Assembly: GCA_035493615.1 (NCBI GenBank)
Contig: DATJHW010000135.1
Location: 8,361-72,360, forward strand
Origin: Candidatus Saccharimonadales bacterium
Lineage (GTDB): Bacteria; Chloroflexota; Limnocylindria; P2-11E
DNA length: 64,000 nucleotides
Direction: 5' to 3'
Positions 55,173 through 62,291 of the stretch are shown piece by piece; the first letter of the stretch is position 1; the number at the start of each line of letters is the position of its first letter. The translations under genes were made by a program, and so were the position numbers. The notes below the pieces were generated by a model. It ran no database searches. It was not told the DNA's origin and saw nothing but the letters and a program-made list of their open reading frames with translations.

Positions 55173-58100
55173 TCATTGCCAATCGCGCGACGCGAGCTTC
55201 ACGAACAGCGCGAGCTCGTCGAGGCGGCGCGCCAGCACCGAGACCACTCCGTCGACGTGCTGGAGCGTCCCCTCGACGACGACCGCGCCGCCAAGATCGA
55301 CGACCGGCTTGTACTTCGCGTACGTCGCCGGACGGATGATGATGTTCACGAGGCCGTACTCGTCCTCGAGCGAGAGGAACACGTGCCCTTTCGCGGTCTC
55401 CGGATGCTGCTTCACGACCATCGCCCCGGCCACGGTCACGATCGTGCCGTGCCGGCCGCGCTGCACGTCGGCCGAGGAGCCCACGCCGCGCGCCTCGAGC
55501 CGCTCGCGATAGAAACGCATCACCTGTGGCCCGGTCGGGATCCCGGTGATCCGGTAATCGAGGGCCGACCGCTCCTGCTCGCTGAGCCTCGGCAGCTCCG
55601 GCGCCGCCGTCGTGGGCAACGCGAGCACCGGCCGCGTGAACGCCGGCGAGGAACGATGCGCATCTCGGGCACGCCACAGCAACGCCCGCCGCGGCTCGCC
55701 GAGCGAGTCGAACGCGCCGACCAGCGCCAGATTCCGGAGCGCCTCCTCCTTCAACCCGACGCGCTTCGCGAAATCATCAAACGACCGGAACGCCCCCCGC
55801 TCGCGCTCCCGGACGATCGCATCGGCCTCCGCCTCACCGAGTCCCTTGACCTCAACGAATCCGAGCCGGACGTCATGCGTGCGGCACGCGCGATGGGCGG
55901 CGATGGTGGTCGACCGATCCACGACGATCTCTTCCCAAGAAGAGGAGGAAGAACCAGAGCCACGCGCGCGGTGACGGGGGGCCGCCGGGTCTTCTGAGCG
56001 CAGCGTCGGTCCGGAGGCACGCGCTTCGGTCTCGGACGCACGTGACCGACCAAGCGAAGAAGGCCCGCCGGCCCCCAACGCACGCGCGCGTTCCTCGCGT
56101 TCTTCGGCTCGTTCTTCGACGCACACCTTGGCCAGAGACCGGTTGACGTCGACCGGCAGCACCGCGATCCCGTGGCGCTTCGCGTCGCCCGCAATGACCG
56201 CCGGCGAGTAGAAGCCCATGGGCTGGTTGTTGAGGAGACCGACGTAGAACTCGGCCGGGTAGTAGAGCTTGAGGTGCGACGTGTGGTACGCGGTGAGCGC
56301 GAACGCGGCCGCGTGGCTCTTGCAGAACCCGAACTCCGCGAACGCGGCGATCTGGCCGAAGATCAGGTTCGCGGTCCCGTCATCCACACCGCGCGCCAGC
56401 GCGCCGCGCACGAACGGGCCGCGCAGCGTCTCCATGTCGGCGCTCGAGCGCGCGCGGCTCATCGCGCGGCGGAGCTTGTCCGCCTCGGCCGCGCTGAATC
56501 CGGCGACGGCCATCGAGACGCGGAGGATCTGCTCCTGGAACAGGATGACGCCGAGCGTCTCCTTGAGGATCGGCTCGAGGAGCGGGTGCGCGTACGCGAC
56601 CGGCTCGCGGCCCTGCCGGCGGTTGATGTACGGGTTCACCATGTTCCCCTGCAGCGGGCCGGGCCGGATGATCGCGACCTCGACGACGATGTCCGCGAAG
56701 CTCCGGGGCAGCACGCGTGGGAGGGCCTGGGCCTGCGCGCGGCTCTCCACCTGGAACAGGCCGATCGTGTCGACCTCGCAGATGAGGTCGTACACGGCCG
56801 GGTCGTCGAGCGCGATCGTGCCGAGATCGAGCCGCACACCGTGGAGCTCGTCGATCATCGCCACCGCGTCTTTGATGAGCGAGAGCGTCCGGAGGCCGAG
56901 CAGATCCATCTTGATGAGCCCAAGGTCCTCGACGTCGCGCTTATCGAATTGGACGACGTTGCGATCGGGCATCGTCGCGCGTTCGATCGGGACCGTGTCC
57001 ACGAGCGGAAGCGCGGTGATGAGCATCCCGCCGTTGTGGATCGAAAGATGCCGGGGGAAATCCGCGATCTCCTCGACGATCTTGCGGAACAGCGGCCAGC
57101 GCGCGCGCTCGAGCTCGTTCAACCGGTCGGCCAGCGGCGTGAGCGGCGGCGCTTCGACGCCTGGCTCGCCGATGAACGGCACGCCTTCCGGACCGCGTGA
57201 GGCGAACCGCGGCGCGTCGATCGACTTGGCCATGACGTCCACGATCTCGGGCCGGAAGCCGAGGGCCTTCGCGACCTCGCGCGATGCCGAGCGCGAGCGG
57301 TACGTCACGACGTTGCACACCATCGCCGCGTAGTGCTCGCCATACTTCCGGTACACGTACTGGATGACGTCCTCGCGGTCGTTCGTGGCGATGTCGAGGT
57401 CGATGTCCGGCATCGTGTGCGAGTCCTCGGTGAGGAATCGCTCGAACAGCAGGTCGTGCGCGATCGGATCCACCTTCGTGATGTCGAGCACGTACGCCAC
57501 GATCGAGTCGGCCGCCGAGCCCCGGCCCTGCGCCGGGATCCGCCGCTCGTTGCAGAACCGGACGATGTCCCAGTTGATGAGGAAGAACTCCGCGAGCCCG
57601 CAGCGGTGGATGACGTCGAGCTCGTGGGCGAGCTGCTTCGACACGGCCGGGGTCATCCCGCCGTACTTCGCGCGCGCGCCGTCCTGGCACAGCGCGTACA
57701 GGAACGAGAACGCGGTATGGCCATCCGGCACGGCGAAGCCGGGCAGGCGTTGGTACCCGAAGCCGAGGTCGAGATCGCACCGGTCCGCGATCGCGCGGGC
57801 GTTCGCGAACGCCGCGGGGTGGTGGCCCAGCCGCCGGCGCAGCGCGGCTTCGTCCTTCAGCCAGCGCTCGCCGTTTGCCGCGAGCTGCTTCCCCGCCTCG
57901 TCCACGGTCAGGCTGAGGTCGATGCAGCGCAGCACGTCGTGCAGCTGCCGCGCCTCCGGGCGCGCGTAGCGGACATCGTTCGTCACGACCGTGGCGATCC
58001 CGAGCTCGGCCGCGAGCTCCGCGCGCGCGTCGCACCGGTCGACGTCGGACGGCCCCCAGCGGTCGACGAGCTCGGCGTACAGCCGGTCGCCGAAGACGTC

Positions 58101-58505
58101 GCGCAGCCGCGCGAGCGTTTCCGGATCGTCGGACTCGGAGAGCGCGATGAGCCCCGCGTCCTGGCCGGCGACGAGTGCGAACGTGGCGCGCGGTCTCGTC
58201 TTCTGGCCGGCGAGCTGCGCGGCCGACACGATCCGGCAGAGGCTCGTCCACCCCGTCCGATCGAGGGCCAGCAGCGTGACCGGATCGGAGTCGACCAGGC
58301 GCAGCTCGGCGCCGAAGATCGGCTTGATCCCGCGCTCGCGCGCCGCGTTCCAAAAGCGCACCGCGCCGTACAGGCCGTTCGTGTCGGTGAGCGCGAGCGC
58401 GTCCTGGCCGAGGTCGACCGCGGCATCGACCAGGTCGTCGATGCTCGATGCGCCATCGAGAAAGGAGTACGGAGAGTGGACGCGAAGGTGGACGAAGCCG
58501 GGCAT
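55173..58505 (-). CDS. dnaE2: Error-prone DNA polymerase DnaE2 (ImuC)
   Basis: About 1110 aa. PHP domain N-terminus (HLRVHSPYSFLDGAS). Pol III alpha core. Confidence 0.9.
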   Translation of the reverse strand: MPGFVHLRVHSPYSFLDGASSIDDLVDAAVDLGQDALALTDTNGLYGAVRFWNAARERGIKPIFGAELRLVDSDPVTLLALDRTGWTSLCRIVSAAQLAGQKTRPRATFALVAGQDAGLIALSESDDPETLARLRDVFGDRLYAELVDRWGPSDVDRCDARAELAAELGIATVVTNDVRYARPEARQLHDVLRCIDLSLTVDEAGKQLAANGERWLKDEAALRRRLGHHPAAFANARAIADRCDLDLGFGYQRLPGFAVPDGHTAFSFLYALCQDGARAKYGGMTPAVSKQLAHELDVIHRCGLAEFFLINWDIVRFCNERRIPAQGRGSAADSIVAYVLDITKVDPIAHDLLFERFLTEDSHTMPDIDLDIATNDREDVIQYVYRKYGEHYAAMVCNVVTYRSRSASREVAKALGFRPEIVDVMAKSIDAPRFASRGPEGVPFIGEPGVEAPPLTPLADRLNELERARWPLFRKIVEEIADFPRHLSIHNGGMLITALPLVDTVPIERATMPDRNVVQFDKRDVEDLGLIKMDLLGLRTLSLIKDAVAMIDELHGVRLDLGTIALDDPAVYDLICEVDTIGLFQVESRAQAQALPRVLPRSFADIVVEVAIIRPGPLQGNMVNPYINRRQGREPVAYAHPLLEPILKETLGVILFQEQILRVSMAVAGFSAAEADKLRRAMSRARSSADMETLRGPFVRGALARGVDDGTANLIFGQIAAFAEFGFCKSHAAAFALTAYHTSHLKLYYPAEFYVGLLNNQPMGFYSPAVIAGDAKRHGIAVLPVDVNRSLAKVCVEERAEEREERARALGAGGPSSLGRSRASETEARASGPTLRSEDPAAPRHRARGSGSSSSSWEEIVVDRSTTIAAHRACRTHDVRLGFVEVKGLGEAEADAIVRERERGAFRSFDDFAKRVGLKEEALRNLALVGAFDSLGEPRRALLWRARDAHRSSPAFTRPVLALPTTAAPELPRLSEQERSALDYRITGIPTGPQVMRFYRERLEARGVGSSADVQRGRHGTIVTVAGAMVVKQHPETAKGHVFLSLEDEYGLVNIIIRPATYAKYKPVVDLGGAVVVEGTLQHVDGVVSVLARRLDELALFVKLASRDWQ

Positions 58506-58507
58506 GG

Positions 58508-58777
58508 TCAGTCCATGACGCGTTGCAGGAACCACTCACCCCGGCGGCGGTCGCCGTACAGATCACAGAGCAGGCCGTCGGCGGTGCGCAGCGTGAGGTA
58601 CTCGCGCGCGATGCCGTCGGCCCACCATTCGCCGTCCACGCGCCAGCGCCGGACGACCTCGACGACGATCAGCCGCCGGTTGCCGACCCGGAGCGCACCG
58701 GGCTCGCCCTCGTGCCACTCCATGTGTGCCGGCAGCGGATCGGCGAACAGTCGGCTCACCGGACCACCTCCTCCCAT
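58508..58777 (-). CDS. Small conserved-looking ORF bridging imuB and dnaE2 (hypothetical)
   Basis: Up to 89 aa in its own frame. Overlaps the imuB 3' end. Its stop lies 2 nt before the dnaE2 ATG. Trp/Arg-rich (RRWRVDGEWWADGIAREY). Confidence 0.4.
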   Translation of the reverse strand: MGGGGPVSRLFADPLPAHMEWHEGEPGALRVGNRRLIVVEVVRRWRVDGEWWADGIAREYLTLRTADGLLCDLYGDRRRGEWFLQRVMD

Positions 58778-59751
58778 TCCGCGGCGCGCTCGGGGAGCCG
58801 CGCCTCGGGATCGACGATCCGCGGCTGCAGCACGACCGCCGGTCCGAGCCGCGTGCGGAGGAACTGCGCCACCGAGATCGCCTCTTCGGCGTGCGCCCCA
58901 TCGGGCGCGAACAGGCCGATCTGGCGGCCGCGGGCGGGCTCGACGGCGGTGATCTCGAGCGCCGCCGAGGTCACGAGGCCGAGCGTCGGGATCTCCTCGA
59001 GGCCCCAGCGCAGCGAGCGGACGATGGCCGCCGACTCCGCCGACGGCGGGAGCAGGGAGCGCTCGAGCCGCAGTGGCAGGAGCTCATCGCGCTCGAGCAC
59101 GAGCCGGAGGCGCAGGGCCGCGAGGCCGTCGTGGCGAAGCGCCTCAGCCAGCTCGTCCGAGGCGGCACGCAGCGCGAAGACGAGCCGCTCGCGCGAGTCG
59201 ACCGGCTCGTCCCAGATGCGCTTCGCGCGGATACGCCGGCGCGGTGCCACACCGCGCACGTCCTCAACGAGCTCGCCGGTCGCGAGCGCGCATGCGATGG
59301 CGGCCGACTGACCGAATCGGTCGGTCACCGATCCGCGCGGCAGCGCGAGCAGCTCGCCGATCCGCCGCACGCCGAGCAACGCGAGCTCCTCGATGACCTT
59401 CGGGTCGAGCGGGAGGACGTCCAGTGGCAGCACGTCGAGGAACGCGCGCTCGCCCCCGGCCGGGATCTCGCTCACCTTTCCCGCGGGCGTCCGCGACGCC
59501 GCGACGCGCGCCACGAACGGCGTCGTCCCGAGGCCTCCCGAGAGCGCCTGCCCGCCCGATGCGCCGCACACGCTGATCGCGTTGCGCGCGACGCGCAGCG
59601 GCGCGCCGAGGAGCCGCTCGGTGCCGCGCAGGTCGCACACGAACGCGCCGTCGTCGGCCACGCCGACGCGCGGCAGCATCGCGCAGAGCGCCGCGAGGAT
59701 CCGCGCGCGTGGCGCGCCCTCCGGCCCCGCGATCGCGAGGTAGCTCTTCAT
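58756..59751 (-). CDS. imuB: ImuB-like inactive Y-family polymerase (short form, 331 aa)
   Basis: Y-family palm/fingers-like N-terminus lacking catalytic acidic residues. Position between imuA and dnaE2. Confidence 0.75.
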   Translation of the reverse strand: MKSYLAIAGPEGAPRARILAALCAMLPRVGVADDGAFVCDLRGTERLLGAPLRVARNAISVCGASGGQALSGGLGTTPFVARVAASRTPAGKVSEIPAGGERAFLDVLPLDVLPLDPKVIEELALLGVRRIGELLALPRGSVTDRFGQSAAIACALATGELVEDVRGVAPRRRIRAKRIWDEPVDSRERLVFALRAASDELAEALRHDGLAALRLRLVLERDELLPLRLERSLLPPSAESAAIVRSLRWGLEEIPTLGLVTSAALEITAVEPARGRQIGLFAPDGAHAEEAISVAQFLRTRLGPAVVLQPRIVDPEARLPERAAEWEEVVR

Positions 59752-59842
59752 CCGGTTTGCTCGATCGCCGACCGGCGGTCGAAGACACGCTCACGGCTGG
59801 TGGTACCTGCTCGTCGCGGCAAAGCCGCTCCTCGTTCGTTTC

Positions 59843-60556
59843 TCATCCTGTCTGTTCCAGCAGTGCCCCGCGGGTCCCGAGGTCCCGTGGGTCGGCACCG
59901 AGCGCGGCGAAGTGGAAGAGGGCGCGCTCCGCGACGAGCGCGGTCCAGCCGGTCGTGCGGCCGAAGCGCTCGGCCCACCCGACGCGCGCGAACGAGAACG
60001 TCGGGATCGCGAGCCGCCGCGCGCGCGTTTCGGAGATGACGAGCAGGCCCGCCGGCGACGACCGCACGATCGGCAGGAGTGGCGCGAGATCGTCGATCCG
60101 GATCCCGGACGGCGAAAGCTGCGGGCCGGTGTCGACGACCGCGAGCCGGAAGCCGTCGCTCCGGAGCGCGGCGCCGGCCGCGAGGAGCACGTCGTCGCGT
60201 GTCCTCGTGCGCACGACGAACACGCGGGCCAGATCGACGCCCGCGCGCAGCGCCGCCAGCGGATCGAACGTCGCGGAGGGATCGATCCAGAGCACCGTGC
60301 CGCCGTCGTGCTGGGCACCGGCCGCCGCGCGATGCGCGAGCGCGACCTTGCCCGCACTCCCGCTGCCGACGAACGCGAGCGGCGCCCCCGCACCGAGGCC
60401 CGGCGTGAGCGCGTCGAGCGAGCCGCCGAAGTGGATGCGCCGTTCGCCGGCCTGACGCTCGGCGGCCGCGCCGTGCGCGAGCACGTGCGTGCCGAACCGG
60501 CCCTCGACGCTGGCGATCGCTTCCGCCAGTGCGGTATTCGTTCGCGCTGGGCCCAC
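59843..60556 (-). CDS. imuA: ImuA-like RecA/SulA-fold protein (mutagenesis cassette)
   Basis: 237 aa. Degenerate P-loop-like GSGSAGKVA. First gene after the LexA box. Confidence 0.7.
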   Translation of the reverse strand: MGPARTNTALAEAIASVEGRFGTHVLAHGAAAERQAGERRIHFGGSLDALTPGLGAGAPLAFVGSGSAGKVALAHRAAAGAQHDGGTVLWIDPSATFDPLAALRAGVDLARVFVVRTRTRDDVLLAAGAALRSDGFRLAVVDTGPQLSPSGIRIDDLAPLLPIVRSSPAGLLVISETRARRLAIPTFSFARVGWAERFGRTTGWTALVAERALFHFAALGADPRDLGTRGALLEQTG

Positions 60557-60598
60557 CAGCCACGCTCCCCGTACACCGTTCTCCTGGCCTGGCCTCCA

Positions 60599-60614
60599 TA
60601 GAACGGATGTTCTA
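60599..60614. promoter_or_regulatory. LexA (SOS) box TAGAAC-GGAT-GTTCTA upstream of imuA
   Basis: Perfect palindrome matching the Gram-positive/actinobacterial GAAC-N4-GTTC consensus, 43 nt upstream of the imuA start. A second half-site TAGAAC lies at 60619. Confidence 0.75.
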
Positions 60615-60731
60615 ACAGTAGAACGCCGATCGGTGGGCCGTCAAGCCTCGAAAAGTTGTCCAAGAACACATGGCCGAAAGCGATCCCTGGCCACCGTCGT
60701 GCACACCTTGCGAAGACCTAGGGGGCCGACA

Positions 60732-60935
60732 CCCGTGGATATCGACCACAAGGGACCTGAGAAGTGCACCGACTGCGGCCAGGACGCGTACATCCGCCTG
60801 GCCGGCACCGAGGACTACGTCTGCGCCCACTGCTTCGCCGACCGGGGCCGGAGCGCGCGGACGAAGGACGCGCGCGACGTGGCTAGAGCGTCGCAGTCTC
60901 CACCGACAAGATCGGCGGGAGATGCTGCGCGATAA
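60732..60935 (+). CDS. Small zinc-ribbon protein (CxxC..CxxC), hypothetical, divergent from imuA
   Basis: Frame of track ORF 60489..60935. CTDCGQDAYIRLAGTEDYVCAHC. Start uncertain (GTG 60699 or 60732). Convergently overlaps the BNR gene. Confidence 0.3.
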   Translation, partial: PVDIDHKGPEKCTDCGQDAYIRLAGTEDYVCAHCFADRGRSARTKDARDVARASQSPPTRSAGDAAR

Positions 60936-61959
60936 GGGCCCACGTGCGGCCCTCATCGGCGCTCCCCCAGATCTCGCCGCTCGTCGTCCCGAAGTACACA
61001 CCCGCAGGATCCAGGCGATCGGTCGCCATCCCCTCGCGCATGACCTCGTAGCTCGCTCCGCGCGGTAACCCGTTCGCCTGCTTCGTCCACTTCTTGCCGC
61101 GGTCGCGTGTGCGCCACACGGCCGCGCCGGTCGCTGCGGGCGACATGCGCATCGGGAACTCGAGCGGGAAGACGTAGGCGGTCTTCGGATCGCGGGGGTG
61201 GATCGCCGCAGCGAACCCGTAATCGCTGGGCAGTCCCTTTGTCACGTCCGTCCACGTCTTCTCGCCGGCGTCCTTGAAGTACGTGCGGTTATGGGCCTGT
61301 TGGAACCGTGCACCCGGCACAGTCGGGCTCCCCACAAGGTGGTGCACTCAGGTGAAGTCGCCCTCGGGTCCCTGCGGCACGGGCGAGGCGAGGCCCTCGT
61401 TGTGGCGGGTCCAGGACCTGCCGCCGTCGGTCGTCTCGTAGACGCCGGCCGAGCTGATGCCGATGGCGATGGACTTCGGATCGGCGGCATCGACGACGAT
61501 CGAGTGCATCCCGAGCCCGCCGCCGCCCGGGGCCCAGTGCTTCGTGTCCGGATGGTCGTTCAGGGACCGCACCGACTCCCAGCTCTGGCCGCGATCGGTG
61601 CTCTTGAACAGCGCGGCCGGCTCGGTGCCGACCCACATGACGTTCGGCTCCTTCGCGTGCCCGGGCTCGATGTGCCAGGTACGGCTGAAGGTGCGGTCGT
61701 CACCGGTCGGGAACGCCGGGTTCTTCCCCGGCTTCCAGGTCTTGCCGAGGTCGCGCGAGATCTCGACCCGCGGACCGCCCCACGTCATGTTGACGCCGGC
61801 GAACAGCGATTGGCCGTCCCGCGGATCGAAGGCCACGTGGTAGACCGGCTGCCCAGGGAAGTACGGCCCCTCGAGCCGCCACCGCTCGCGCGCGGCTCCG
61901 CTGCGGAACACGTAGACGCCCTTCTTCGTGCCCAGCAACACCAAGACACTGCGCGCCAT
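60883..61959 (-). pseudogene. BNR/Asp-box repeat beta-propeller protein (Ycf48/sialidase-like) interrupted by a single in-frame TGA at 61348-61350
   Basis: Track ORFs 61348..61959 and 60883..61347 are in the same frame and are separated only by a TGA. Together they give a ~358 aa protein with Asp-box-like motifs (S-x-D-x-G-x-S/T-W). Confidence 0.5.
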
Positions 61960-61961
61960 CG

Positions 61962-62246
61962 CTAGCCCTCCCCGCCGGACACGGCCGGCACGATGTGGAC
62001 GATGTCGCCGTCCCGGAGCGCCGTGCGCTCGCCGTCCAGGTATCGCATCTCTTCCTCGTTCGCGAAGATGTTCACGTGCTCGCGCATCCTGCCGTGTTCG
62101 TCGCGCAGGCGCTCGGCCAGGCTCGGGTATCGCGCGACCAGACCGGCGAGCGCGGTCGCGATATCGGTCGCCTCGACCGTCGCGCTGCGCGCGCCTCCGG
62201 CGAATTCGCTGAACGCGCCGTGCAGCTTCACCGTTACGTTCCCCAT
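61962..62246 (-). CDS. MoaD/ThiS-family sulfur-carrier-like protein with GG-EG C-terminus
   Basis: ATG 62246 (MGNVTVKLHGAFSEF...). Beta-grasp pattern. Ends ...PAVSGGEG. Confidence 0.6.
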   Translation of the reverse strand: MGNVTVKLHGAFSEFAGGARSATVEATDIATALAGLVARYPSLAERLRDEHGRMREHVNIFANEEEMRYLDGERTALRDGDIVHIVPAVSGGEG

Positions 62247-62291
62247 GCCCACTGGCAGTTTAGGCAAGGCGCTGCATACACTCGCGGACCA

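Noticed and set aside
60670-61068. 132-aa plus ORF starting MAESDPWPP
   Set aside because: A different frame from the CxxC..CxxC ORF. Pro/Arg/Thr-rich low complexity. Likely spurious.
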